A stretch of 32,000 bases of DNA from contig CAKUIA010000016.1 in assembly GCA_934660865.1 (NCBI GenBank), positions 1 through 32,000 of the forward strand, given 5' to 3'. Below the pieces are notes generated by a model. That model made no database searches and had not been told where the DNA came from. It saw only the letters and a program-made list of their open reading frames with translations. Below, piece after piece: positions 1-8,175 of the stretch; within the stretch, counting starts at the first letter, position 1; every line of letters begins with the position of its first letter. The DNA comes from an uncultured Opitutales bacterium (lineage in GTDB: Bacteria > Verrucomicrobiota > Verrucomicrobiia > Opitutales > Intestinicryptomonadaceae). A program made the translations under genes and the position numbers.

Positions 1-487
1 CTACCAGATAAATAATCGTGTCGGCGTTTGTAAGGGTGGAAACTAGCGCTTCAAAGCCCTTTTCGCGCAACAGGCCGACAAGGTTTTCGGTGGGTATAAA
101 TTCGGGGTTGTATATTTTAAGGTACAAAAATTGCCCGATTAAAAATTGCCCGTAAAGAATGGGGGGTATTGTTATGGGGTTGGTTATCCATTGCAATGCC
201 ATTGCAACCAAACAGTTTGCCCTAAACAGCAAGGAAAACAAAAACGCAACGGCCATTTGCGCCCCGTACATCGGAATTAGCGCAATAAACCAGCCTATGT
301 ATATTGCGCGGCTTACATTGCCCTTTTTAAAGCTCCAAATATATATGCTTTTTCTGGCGTAGTTTGCAAAATACTTTAAAATGGGGTAGCGTTCCAAATT
401 GGTTCTTCTGGGCATGGGGCGCAAAAGCCTTTTTACCCTTCGTATGCGTTTGTAGCGTAGCTGTGTTTCCGGCGAAATTTCGGTCAT
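1..487 (-). CDS. DUF2062-family membrane protein (partial; C-terminus lies outside the window)
   Basis: Absent from the ORF track because it runs off the left edge. The minus-strand frame from the ATG (complement of 485-487) stays open to position 1. It translates as MTEISPETQLRYKRIRRVKRLLRPMPRRTNLERYPILKYFANYARKSIYIWSFKKGNVSRAIYIGWFIALIPMYGAQMAVAFLFSLLFRANCLVAMALQWITNPITIPP... This shows a basic N-terminus, a GxFIxxxP motif, RAN and WxxNPxT, as is typical of DUF2062. Confidence 0.6.
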   Translation of the reverse strand, partial: MTEISPETQLRYKRIRRVKRLLRPMPRRTNLERYPILKYFANYARKSIYIWSFKKGNVSRAIYIGWFIALIPMYGAQMAVAFLFSLLFRANCLVAMALQWITNPITIPPILYGQFLIGQFLYLKIYNPEFIPTENLVGLLREKGFEALVSTLTNADTIIYLV

Positions 488-571
488 ATATGCCCGAAAA
501 TAGTGGAGAATAATTCGAATAATTCAATATATTTTTAAAAAAACGCATTTTTTTGTTATAAAAGTTTATAC

Positions 572-600
572 TTGACGATATAAATATAGAAGCCTAAAAA
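572..600 (+). promoter_or_regulatory. Candidate sigma70-like promoter upstream of the sigma-factor gene
   Basis: TTGACG (572-577), 17-nt spacer, TAAAAA (595-600). It would give a ~190-nt leader before the ATG at 794. Motif match only. Confidence 0.25.
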
Positions 601-793
601 ATGTGCATGCCAAAACCAAGAGGCGGCAGATACATTTCCTTAGGGAAAATATTTCACGCAAGTGCGACAAAAATGCCCGAAAGGGCAGCCCCGCGCTTTT
701 TGTAACATTCTGAACTTCAACATAAACAATAGTGGCGAAAATTTGGCTGGGTTTTTGCTACGGCTGAAAATAAAAAAACAAAAAGGCAATAAA

Positions 794-1516
794 ATGGCGT
801 CGCAGGTAAAAGTATTGACAGACAATCAAAAGAGTTTGCTTAAAAGCAACTACCCAATGGTTAAAAACATAATAAACTCTATGCGCTACAAGCTGCCGAG
901 CCACGCCGATTTAGACGAGCTTGAGTCGGTGGGTGTTAGCGGGCTAGTTAGCGCCGTTAGCAATTACGACGAAAAGAAGGCGGGAACTTTCGGCGCTTAT
1001 GCCTCGCTTAGGGTAAGGGGCGCAATTATAGACGAGTTGCGCAAAATAGACTATATGCCGCGCTCGGCAAGGGCCGAGGCAAAGAGCATGGAAAAGCTAA
1101 GCGACACTTTAGAGCAAAAACTAGGGCGCACCCCCAACGACGACGAGCTTAGAAATGCCATGGGCGTTTCACCAAAAAAGTTCAGAAAAATAAAGGCGCG
1201 CACCGAGCCTATAAGCTTTATTTCCATAAACGATTCGTACGACGCGGGCGATGTTTCGCTGAACCTGGCCGACGTTATCGAAGACGAAAACGCCGTAAGC
1301 GGGCGCGAGCGTCTTGAAAGGAAAGAAGACAATGCCCTGGTGCGCGACAAACTCCGTCTTTTGCCCGAAAACCAGCAAAAAGTTGTGCAAATGTACTATT
1401 TTGAAGGCAGGCGTTTGGGCGAAATTGCGCAGACAATGAAGCTTACCGAAGCCAGAATTTGCCAAATACATTCCAGCGCGCTAAAGACAATGCGTACAAA
1501 GCTTGAAAGCAACTAA
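794..1516 (+). CDS. fliA: RNA polymerase sigma factor, FliA/WhiG (sigma-28) family
   Basis: The region 2 pattern LDELESVGVSGLVSAVSNYDEKKAGTFGAYASLRVRGAIIDELRKIDYMPRSAR is FliA-like. The region 4 HTH is QQKVVQMYYFEGRRLGEIAQTMKLTEARICQIHSSALKTMR. I prefer the ATG at 794 (MASQVK) over the track's GTG at 662, whose extra 44 aa look non-coding. Confidence 0.85.
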   Translation: MASQVKVLTDNQKSLLKSNYPMVKNIINSMRYKLPSHADLDELESVGVSGLVSAVSNYDEKKAGTFGAYASLRVRGAIIDELRKIDYMPRSARAEAKSMEKLSDTLEQKLGRTPNDDELRNAMGVSPKKFRKIKARTEPISFISINDSYDAGDVSLNLADVIEDENAVSGRERLERKEDNALVRDKLRLLPENQQKVVQMYYFEGRRLGEIAQTMKLTEARICQIHSSALKTMRTKLESN

Positions 1517-1566
1517 CCGGAAACGCCTTGCAAATTAACAAAATTTTTGCGTCTTAAAAAAACAAA

Positions 1567-1586
1567 AGCCCCGAAAATTCGGGGCT
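1567..1586. terminator. Bidirectional intrinsic terminator between convergent fliA-like and sucD genes
   Basis: Perfect hairpin agccccgaa/ttcggggct with an A-rich 5' flank and a T-rich 3' flank (ttgttgttttg). Confidence 0.7.
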
Positions 1587-1618
1587 TTGTTGTTTTGTGC
1601 AATTTGCTACGGGGTTAA

Positions 1619-2500
1619 TTATTTGCCCCAGTGTTCCTTAAGGGTAATACCCATGTCGGAGGGGGTGGGGGCAACCGCAATGCCGGCGTCTTTAAGGGCT
1701 GCAATCTTGTCGGCTGCAGAGCCCGAACGGCCTGCGATAATTGCGCCTGCGTGGCCCATTCTTTTGCCTTTGGGTGCTGTAGCACCCGCAATAAAGGCTG
1801 CAACGGGTTTCTTGCAGTTTTTCTTTACCCATTCTGCCGCTTTCTGTTCGCCGGTGCCGCCGATTTCGCCAATCATAATGATGGCTTCCGTTTCGGGGTC
1901 GTCGTTGAACATCTTTAAAGCGTCGATATGGCTTGTGCCGTTAATCGGGTCGCCGCCAATGCCAATAACTGTGCTTTGTCCGAAGCCCAACTGGGTTGTC
2001 TGCCAAACGGCTTCGTATGTAAGTGTGCCAGAGCGGCTTACTATGCCGATATTGCCTCTTTTGTGAATGTAGCCGGGCATAATGCCGATTTTGCATTCTT
2101 CGGGAGTGATAATGCCAGGGCAGTTGGGACCTATAAGCCTCGAAACGCTGTCGGGAGCGTTCAAGCGGGCCTTAACCAATGCCATATCCTTAACGGGAAT
2201 GCCTTCGGTTATGCAAACGATTAGGGGAATCTTTGCGTCGATAGCTTCCATAATCGAGTCTGCCGCGAACGCGGGGGGGACGAATATCATGCAGGCGTTT
2301 GCGCCTTCTTTTGCAACCGATTCTTTGATTGTGTTAAATACCGGAACTTTGCCGTCGAAAAGCTGGCCGCCTTTGCCGGGGGTTACGCCCGCAACAATCT
2401 TTGTGCCGTATTCCATGCAAAGCTTTGCGTGGAAACCGCCCGCAGAACCGGTGATGCCGCTAACTACTACTCTTGTGTCTTTATTTACCAGTACGCTCAT
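1619..2500 (-). CDS. sucD: Succinyl-CoA synthetase (succinate--CoA ligase) alpha subunit
   Basis: N-terminus [24 protein letters not shown], plus PGKGG, the catalytic-His region GHAGAII, and SRSGTLTYE. It lies 9 nt downstream of sucC. Confidence 0.95.
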   Translation of the reverse strand: MSVLVNKDTRVVVSGITGSAGGFHAKLCMEYGTKIVAGVTPGKGGQLFDGKVPVFNTIKESVAKEGANACMIFVPPAFAADSIMEAIDAKIPLIVCITEGIPVKDMALVKARLNAPDSVSRLIGPNCPGIITPEECKIGIMPGYIHKRGNIGIVSRSGTLTYEAVWQTTQLGFGQSTVIGIGGDPINGTSHIDALKMFNDDPETEAIIMIGEIGGTGEQKAAEWVKKNCKKPVAAFIAGATAPKGKRMGHAGAIIAGRSGSAADKIAALKDAGIAVAPTPSDMGITLKEHWGK

Positions 2501-2509
2501 TGTAAATCC

Positions 2510-3697
2510 TTATTTGTTGTTGACAATTTTTACTATCTTTTCGGCCGCATCTTTAAGCGAGTCGGCCGCTACCAAGTTGATGCCGCTTTCGGCCAAAAGC
2601 TTTTTGCCTTCGGCTACGTTTGTGCCTTCAAGCCTTACAACAAGGGGCAACTGCAAGTTAACGTTTTTCGAAGCCGCAATTACGCCTTTTGCGATAACGT
2701 CGCACCTCATAATGCCGCCGAATATGTTGATTAAAATGCCCTTTGTATTTTCGTCGCTAAGCAAAATCTTGAATGCGCCGGTAATGGCCTCTTCGTTTGC
2801 CGAGCCGCCTACGTCTAGGAAGTTTGCGGGTTCGCCGCCGAAGTGCTTGATAATGTCCATTGTAGCCATCGCCAAGCCCGCGCCGTTAACCATGCAGGCA
2901 ATATTGCCGTCGAGCTTAATGTAGTTAAGCTCAAACTTTTTGGCTTCAACTTCTTTGGGGTCTTCTTCGGTTACGTCGCGCAAAGCCGCAATGTCTGGGT
3001 GGCGGAATACCGCGTTGTCGTCGAATACAACCTTGGCGTCGAGGGCAACAATTCTGTTGTCGTCGCTTAAAATCAAGGGGTTAACTTCAACAATAGAGCA
3101 GTCTTTTTCCCAGAAGAGGTTGTACAAACCCTTGGCAATGGCCGTAAACTGTTTCATCAAAGCCTTTTCGCCGAAGCCCAAGAAGAATGCCAATTCCCTG
3201 ATTTGGAAGGGCTGCAAACCGAATTCGGGGTTTACAAAAACTTTAAGGAGTTTGTCGGGCTTTTCTTCGGCAACCTTTTCGATGTCCATACCGCCTTCGG
3301 TAGAGGCAATAATGGCAACCTTGCTCGATTCCCTGTCCATTACTATCGCAAAATAGTATTCCTTTTGAATGTTTGTACATTCCGTAAAGTAGATTGTGTT
3401 TACCGTTTTGCCTGCAGGCCCCGTTTGTTTTGTAACCAAAACATTGCCGAGCATTTTGTTTGCAATGGCTTCGGCTTCGGCCTTTTTGGCAACATGAACG
3501 CCGCCCTGATAGCCGTCTTTAAACGTGCCCTTGCCGCGGCCGCCAGCGTGAATCTGGCTTTTTACGACGATTTCGTCGCCCGAAAGTTGCGATATCGCGT
3601 TGGAGAAATCTTCCGCCTTTTGAACGGCCACTCCGTTAGCGACTGCGACTCCGTAATTCTTGAACAATTCTTTTGCTTGATATTCGTGTATATTCAT
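2510..3697 (-). CDS. sucC: Succinyl-CoA synthetase beta subunit
   Basis: MNIHEYQAKELFKNYGV start, ATP-grasp region KSQIHAGGRGKG, and the C-terminal ligase-CoA motif NIFGGIMRCD. Confidence 0.95.
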   Translation of the reverse strand: MNIHEYQAKELFKNYGVAVANGVAVQKAEDFSNAISQLSGDEIVVKSQIHAGGRGKGTFKDGYQGGVHVAKKAEAEAIANKMLGNVLVTKQTGPAGKTVNTIYFTECTNIQKEYYFAIVMDRESSKVAIIASTEGGMDIEKVAEEKPDKLLKVFVNPEFGLQPFQIRELAFFLGFGEKALMKQFTAIAKGLYNLFWEKDCSIVEVNPLILSDDNRIVALDAKVVFDDNAVFRHPDIAALRDVTEEDPKEVEAKKFELNYIKLDGNIACMVNGAGLAMATMDIIKHFGGEPANFLDVGGSANEEAITGAFKILLSDENTKGILINIFGGIMRCDVIAKGVIAASKNVNLQLPLVVRLEGTNVAEGKKLLAESGINLVAADSLKDAAEKIVKIVNNK

Positions 3698-4037
3698 TTT
3701 TCAGAATTATGTTGTTTTTGTTGAGATAAATTAAAAATCTTTAAAAGAGTAAAAGACGTTTTTACGCGAGTTTAACGCTTTTTTGGACTTTTCAAATAAA
3801 AGGCGCTTTTGCGCAAAAAAATTCGGAAAAATTCCCTCGTTAATTCTTGCTAAAACCTTACCTAAAATTCGTATTATATAGAAAACTTTGTTTTTATATA
3901 TTGCAAGGTTTTCTTGCTTGTTTTTTGAAAAAAAGGGCTTTTTTTTGAAAATAAAATACAAAATTGTAAGAAAGCTTTGATTCTTAGCTTAACTTAACTG
4001 ATTTATGCGGGCTTTTGTAGTCAAAAATCGGAAAAAC

Positions 4038-4066
4038 TTGACAAACTTTTGCGGCAAAATTTAACT
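4038..4066 (+). promoter_or_regulatory. Candidate sigma70-like promoter for the DUF1080 gene
   Basis: TTGACA (4038-4043), 17-nt spacer, TTAACT (4061-4066), ending 11 nt before the ATG at 4078. Motif match only. Confidence 0.3.
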
Positions 4067-4077
4067 TTCTGCCTGTT

Positions 4078-5115
4078 ATGAGGAAATTACTATTCTTATT
4101 TATAAGTTTTGTTTTAACGCTTTCGGCATTTGCCGAAAAAGACAAGTTTGCCGGCTTTTATACGGGTACGGTATCGGGCGCAAAGGGCTATCCTTTGGGT
4201 AGCGACCCTGTCATTTACGCCGAAGTATTCAGGGGCGCAAACGGCTACAGGGTAAAGCTTTTGCCCGCAATTATGGCAAACGCCGAAACATACTATTTGG
4301 TAGACGGCCTAAAGGAGGAAAACGGCAAGTTGTCGTTCGCAAACAAATCTAACGGGTTAGACCTTAAAGGCGAAATTACCCCCGCAACCCTGAAGGCAAG
4401 CGGCACGCAAAGCACAGGCAAAAACGTGCACAATGTTAGCATAGACTTAAAAAGGCTTAACTTTGTGTCGAAAACCATGGGAATGAAAGCCCCCACGGGC
4501 GCTGTTGTAATTTTCGACGGCAAAGACACCTCGAAGCTTGAAGAAAGAAACGGCAAACCCTGCCGCTGGGAAGTCGCAAACGGAGCTATGACCGTAAAAA
4601 CGGGTCTTAAAGACGAAAAGGGCAAGCGCATAGACACAAGCATTTTCACAAAAGACAAGTTCGGCGCATTTAAAATGCACCTTGAATTTATGATTCCCAA
4701 CGAAGGCTACGAAAAAGATGCACAAGCAAGGAACAATTCGGGCGTTATTGTAGGCCCCTACGAAGTGCAGATTTTAGACTCGTTTGGCATGCCCAATTTG
4801 TGGAACGGCTGCGGCGCAATCTACAGGCAAACGGCGCCCCAAAGCAACGCCAGCATAGAGCAGGGCGCATGGCAAACCTACGACATCATTTTCCGCCCCG
4901 CCGAATTTGCAAACGGCAGGTTGGTAAAATACCCCACATTTACGGTTTGGCACAACGGCATAAAGATTCACAACGAAACTCCCGTGTTCTACCAAACAAG
5001 CTTGTTCCCGACAAAGGCAAAGGGATACGAACACCCCACGGGTCCTTTCTCGATTCAGTTGCAAGACCACACAAACCCGATAAGTTTCCGCAACTTCTGG
5101 GTAATGCCCTTGTAA
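4078..5115 (+). CDS. Secreted DUF1080 (3-keto-disaccharide hydrolase-like, concanavalin/LamG jelly-roll) domain protein
   Basis: Signal peptide MRKLLFLFISFVLTLSAFA. The C-terminal half carries the DUF1080 signature: FKMHLEFMI, NSGVIV..YEVQILDSFG, GAIYRQTAP, WQTYDIIFR, VWHNGIKIHNE, GPFSIQLQDH..ISFRNFWV. Confidence 0.7.
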   Translation: MRKLLFLFISFVLTLSAFAEKDKFAGFYTGTVSGAKGYPLGSDPVIYAEVFRGANGYRVKLLPAIMANAETYYLVDGLKEENGKLSFANKSNGLDLKGEITPATLKASGTQSTGKNVHNVSIDLKRLNFVSKTMGMKAPTGAVVIFDGKDTSKLEERNGKPCRWEVANGAMTVKTGLKDEKGKRIDTSIFTKDKFGAFKMHLEFMIPNEGYEKDAQARNNSGVIVGPYEVQILDSFGMPNLWNGCGAIYRQTAPQSNASIEQGAWQTYDIIFRPAEFANGRLVKYPTFTVWHNGIKIHNETPVFYQTSLFPTKAKGYEHPTGPFSIQLQDHTNPISFRNFWVMPL

Positions 5116-5143
5116 TTTAGTCCTTACATAAATTCATAACAAA

Positions 5144-5176
5144 AGCCTGCGTAGCGTTTTTACGCGGGCTTTTTTG
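5144..5176 (+). terminator. Intrinsic terminator after the DUF1080 gene
   Basis: 10-bp stem agcctgcgta/tacgcgggct (one G-U pair) followed by a T run. Confidence 0.65.
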
Positions 5177-5326
5177 TGCCCGTTTAATTGTGTCGGGTTT
5201 AAATTGCGCCGTGATTTTTGTATGTGCAATAAAGATAGCTTGTTTTATATGCCGCTTTTGTTTGCCGAAATTTTTGAAAGGCCAAAAAAGACGCGGCTTT
5301 TAATATTAAGTACAACAACAAAAAAA

Positions 5327-5349
5327 TGCGCCCGGTCTTTCGGGGCGCA
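5327..5349 (-). terminator. Intrinsic terminator after the CE15-like esterase gene
   Basis: GC-rich hairpin tgcgccc...ggggcgca. An A run on the + strand just upstream becomes the T run on the minus strand. Confidence 0.6.
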
Positions 5350-5395
5350 CTTTGCTTTTTTAGGTAGATGTTTTTTCCCGTTTTTTTGCCGCGCT

Positions 5396-6688
5396 TTATT
5401 TAAAATATTCGTCGGCAAAGTCGCACAAAAACTTCCAGTCTTTGGGTGTTATATTGTGCACGCCTTCAAGATATTGGTAGCCGACTTGGCCTATAAATGG
5501 GGCGTCTACCTTAAAGTTGTCCATTGTAGGCAGCTTTTTTGCGCCGAAAAGTTTGTATACTTTCGAAGCTTCAACCAAGCTCATAAGCTCGCCCTTTGGG
5601 TCTGCCCAGCGGTCTTTTGTTTTGCTTAATACGCAAATCGGGCGGGGGGCCATTAGCGCCAAAATTTGGTGCTGGTCTATGGGCATTGTGTCGAATTTTT
5701 GGTCGTAGCTTTGCAGCTTTGGCGAAAACCAATGGGGGAACTGGTGCGTTATGTGGTATAAAGGTTCGCCTATATTGCGGCGCGAAAGCGTGCAGCCAAC
5801 CCTGCCTGCTCCGCTAATGGCGCACATTGCAAACCTTTCGTCGAATATTGCGGCGCAAAGGGCTGCCCTTGCGTTTCTTGAGTGGCCCACCGCAAAAATG
5901 CGCGTTTTGTCAAGCTCTGGGCAGCATTCTATATAGTCTAAAACCCTTTGCAGGCCCCATGCCCAGGCAACCGTAGCCTGCCCGTGCGGAGAGGCGTTTT
6001 TGTCGAATATGGCGTAGATACTGTCCTTGCGACGGTCGTTAATCCTGTCGTCGGGGTAGAAATTTTCGTAGTGGGTAGTTGCTATTGCATACCCGCGCGA
6101 GATGATTTCTTCGAAAGGCCAGCGCGCCTTTGCCAAGCCCCTCGGGTTTTCGTCGGCGCGGTTTGTCTTTTTAGCCGACATTGTCCATGTTTTGCTGATA
6201 TTTATCGAGTCGATTGTGCTTGTTGTGTGGTTGCCCTTATAATTTAGGCAGACAAAAGTTCCCTTGGGTTTTTGCGTTTTGGGTATAAATAAGAGAATTT
6301 CGAAAGTCTTTTCGCCGTTTATGTCGGCGGCTTTGGCCAAAATTTGGCGCATTGTGGCTTTCCCCTCAAAAACTTCGCTTTCGCTTAAAAGCGAAAATGT
6401 AAGCGATTTTGGGCGCGGCAAAACTTCGCCGTAAAATTCGGTTTCGGCAATGCGGCGTATTTGCGGGCGGGCAATGTTTTTCCAGTCTAGCGGCGTTTCT
6501 ATTTTTCTGCCGTCGGGAGCCGTGAAAATATCGGGCAATGTGTATGGCTTAATTTTAGATTCGTCGTAGTTGGCGTTGCCCCAGGTTTTGTAAGCCGACG
6601 GGTCATACTTTTCGGCCGAATATAGCTGGGTTGCAAACAATAAGGTTAGTGTTGCGCAAAGCGCGGTTCTTTTTAATGTATATTTCAT
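5396..6688 (-). CDS. Secreted alpha/beta-hydrolase, carbohydrate esterase family 15-like (glucuronoyl esterase-like)
   Basis: Signal peptide MKYTLKRTALCATLTLLFATQLYSA. The N-terminal LPDIFTAPDGRKIETPLDWKN.ARPQIRR..ETEFYGEVLP resembles the CE15 N-terminal pattern. The nucleophile motif GHSRNARAAL corresponds to the G-x-S-R-x-x-x-A-L of bacterial CE15 enzymes. Confidence 0.55.
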   Translation of the reverse strand: MKYTLKRTALCATLTLLFATQLYSAEKYDPSAYKTWGNANYDESKIKPYTLPDIFTAPDGRKIETPLDWKNIARPQIRRIAETEFYGEVLPRPKSLTFSLLSESEVFEGKATMRQILAKAADINGEKTFEILLFIPKTQKPKGTFVCLNYKGNHTTSTIDSINISKTWTMSAKKTNRADENPRGLAKARWPFEEIISRGYAIATTHYENFYPDDRINDRRKDSIYAIFDKNASPHGQATVAWAWGLQRVLDYIECCPELDKTRIFAVGHSRNARAALCAAIFDERFAMCAISGAGRVGCTLSRRNIGEPLYHITHQFPHWFSPKLQSYDQKFDTMPIDQHQILALMAPRPICVLSKTKDRWADPKGELMSLVEASKVYKLFGAKKLPTMDNFKVDAPFIGQVGYQYLEGVHNITPKDWKFLCDFADEYFK

Positions 6689-6788
6689 AAATGTTTTTTC
6701 CTCTGAAAGAACAATCTAATATTGGCCGATATTTTGTGTCAATAACTTTCCCAAACAATACTAATATATTTTTTGCGCAAAAACAAAA

Positions 6789-6812
6789 AATCCCCGAATT
6801 TTCATTCGGGGA
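6789..6812 (-). terminator. Intrinsic terminator after the beta-helix protein gene
   Basis: 9-bp hairpin atccccgaa/ttcggggat, preceded on the + strand by aaaaacaaaaaa, which is the T run on the minus strand. Confidence 0.7.
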
Positions 6813-6833
6813 TTTTATCGGAAAGGGCTTTTA

Positions 6834-8066
6834 TTAGTCGTTTTCGAAATCGAAAAATTCCATTTTGTTGTCTACGCAGGCAACGGCTCTAACCTTTGCC
6901 TTGCGGTTTTTTATGGTAATCGGGTTTTCGGCAACATAGTTGCGCATTCTGCACCCGAAAAGCGACACCGTCGGGTTGCCTTCGCCTTCTATGGTAATAA
7001 AGTCGTACGACTTGCCTATGGCCGTAAGCGCGCCGTTTTTGCCAGAAAATGCCTCTACATTGGTGATGGCGGTGTGCCCCGTTCCCCTAATCAAAAAGGG
7101 GTGTACGTCTTCAACCTTGTCGCCTGCGTTTGCAATTATAGAGCCTTGGGCAATCATCCAATTTCTGTTAAAGTTTTGCGCACCTTCTTTTAGAATGCCT
7201 ATGCAAACACAGTCGAGATTAAAGTTTGTAAGCTGCCCGTAGGTGTTCTTGCCCAAAAATATGCCGCCGTACGAACCGAATGTAAATACGTCTACAAGCT
7301 GGGCGTTGTCGGTGCCCTCTATATAGTAGGCAAACTTCTTTTTGGCGATAACGCTGTCGATTGTAGCCCTTGAAAAACCGCCCCTAAATTGGCGCAAGTT
7401 TGCGGGGTTAACGTGGCAGTGCAAAAATCTGGGAATGTCGGTGCACCTGTTTATTTTTATAAACTCGCCGCCCAGCGGGTAGCCGTAGCAGTGTTCGAAC
7501 AGTATCTGCTCGCAGTGGCTTTTTACGTCGGTGGTAAAGTCCATTGCGGTATACTCGCCGTAGAAGGTAAGGCATGAAAGCGTTACGCCCTCTACGTCGC
7601 GCTTTTTGTCTCTTTGAATTGTGGCGGGATACTCTTTTATCCTTTCGGGGGCGTCTATGGGTTGGTCGGGATAATAGAACTGAATGCCCCTGATTTGCGT
7701 TGCGCTTTCCACCGTTATAAAGGGCGCTTTTGTGTCGGTAATTCTAAACACCGAGCCTGCGGGTTCGCGCATATTCGGGGTTTGCGTGCCGCGGCCTACG
7801 GGGCCGTGAACGCCTATAAGCGAAACATTCTTCCTTAAAATTGTGCCGCTTTCTACGGGGTAGCCCAGCTTTACGGGCTCGACATACAAGGCCGCTCCCG
7901 TCAAAGACGCTTCGTCTATTGCCTTTTGCAGGTTTTCCCTGTTTTGCTGCGGGGTGTTTTCGGGCAAAACGCCGTATTCTTGAATGCTTTTCATTCTGTG
8001 CAGATTTTCGGCAAAAGCCGAAATCGACAACACCGACGCTATCAATGCGCACAATAATTTTTTCAT
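6834..8066 (-). CDS. Secreted protein, probable right-handed beta-helix (pectate-lyase-superfamily / GH28-like) fold
   Basis: Signal peptide MKKLLCALIASVLSISAFA. The N-terminal IQEYGVLPENTPQQNRENLQKAIDEASLTGAALYVEP resembles the start of Pectate_lyase_3-type domains. The rest is rich in G/N/I/V turn-like segments. The function is not established. Confidence 0.4.
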   Translation of the reverse strand: MKKLLCALIASVLSISAFAENLHRMKSIQEYGVLPENTPQQNRENLQKAIDEASLTGAALYVEPVKLGYPVESGTILRKNVSLIGVHGPVGRGTQTPNMREPAGSVFRITDTKAPFITVESATQIRGIQFYYPDQPIDAPERIKEYPATIQRDKKRDVEGVTLSCLTFYGEYTAMDFTTDVKSHCEQILFEHCYGYPLGGEFIKINRCTDIPRFLHCHVNPANLRQFRGGFSRATIDSVIAKKKFAYYIEGTDNAQLVDVFTFGSYGGIFLGKNTYGQLTNFNLDCVCIGILKEGAQNFNRNWMIAQGSIIANAGDKVEDVHPFLIRGTGHTAITNVEAFSGKNGALTAIGKSYDFITIEGEGNPTVSLFGCRMRNYVAENPITIKNRKAKVRAVACVDNKMEFFDFEND

Positions 8067-8175
8067 AATGCGATAATTTTCCTCTTTTTGTTGTTAATGT
8101 AATGTAAATGTTTTGCGCCAAACAAGATGGCTTTTGGCGTTTTTGTTTTCAAGTAAATTTTGCTTGCGGCGGCCT

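Noticed and set aside
126-152. Near-perfect 15-bp tandem duplication (aaaaattgcccg att / aaaaattgcccg taa)
   Set aside because: It lies inside the DUF2062 coding frame and simply encodes a duplicated GQFL(I/Y) peptide. It is probably a small in-frame slippage duplication and not a regulatory repeat.
159-548. Track ORFs 159..362 (+) and 327..548 (-)
   Set aside because: Both overlap, out of frame, the edge-truncated minus-strand DUF2062 gene (1..487), whose translation has clear family motifs. The two listed ORFs have no recognisable features.
674-687. Small hairpin tgccc-gaaa-gggca in the sigma-factor leader
   Set aside because: It has only a 5-bp stem and no adjacent T run directly after it. 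That is too weak to call an attenuator or riboswitch.
662-793. GTG-initiated 44-aa N-terminal extension of the sigma factor
   Set aside because: The extension (MRQKCPKGQPRAFCNILNF...) is unlike any sigma region 1. The ATG at 794 gives a full-length FliA-type protein and is preceded by an A-rich leader like the other genes here.
2082-2924. Long antisense ORFs, e.g. 2082..2924 (+), 17688..18290 (+), 22625..23410 (-), 29630..30391 (+), 10507..10977 (-)
   Set aside because: Each lies fully opposite a confidently identified gene (sucD/sucC, manA, FAD oxidoreductase, rlmN, hpnD-hpnE). Each translates to low-complexity, Ser/Ala/Arg/Cys-rich sequence, which marks a shadow ORF produced by the codon bias of the true strand.
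3731-3961. 76-aa ORF on the minus strand in the sucC upstream spacer
   Set aside because: The product is lysine/phenylalanine/asparagine-rich, as expected from random translation of AT-rich DNA, and carries no motifs. It would also occupy the region where the sucC promoter should lie.
6724-6732. GCCGATAT sequence resembling a sigma-28 -10 box in the 6689-6833 spacer
   Set aside because: No TAAA element sits at the required 15-nt spacing. The orientation would also drive transcription antisense into the 3' end of the beta-helix gene.
8116-8145. Terminator-like hairpin (cgccaaa...tttggcg + T run) oriented on the + strand between mntP and the beta-helix gene; also a check for a Mn2+ (yybP-ykoY) riboswitch
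   Set aside because: No + strand gene lies upstream for it to terminate, and on the minus strand it lacks a T run. It may still weakly terminate mntP. A Mn riboswitch would have to lie upstream of mntP, where only 3 nt of spacer exist.
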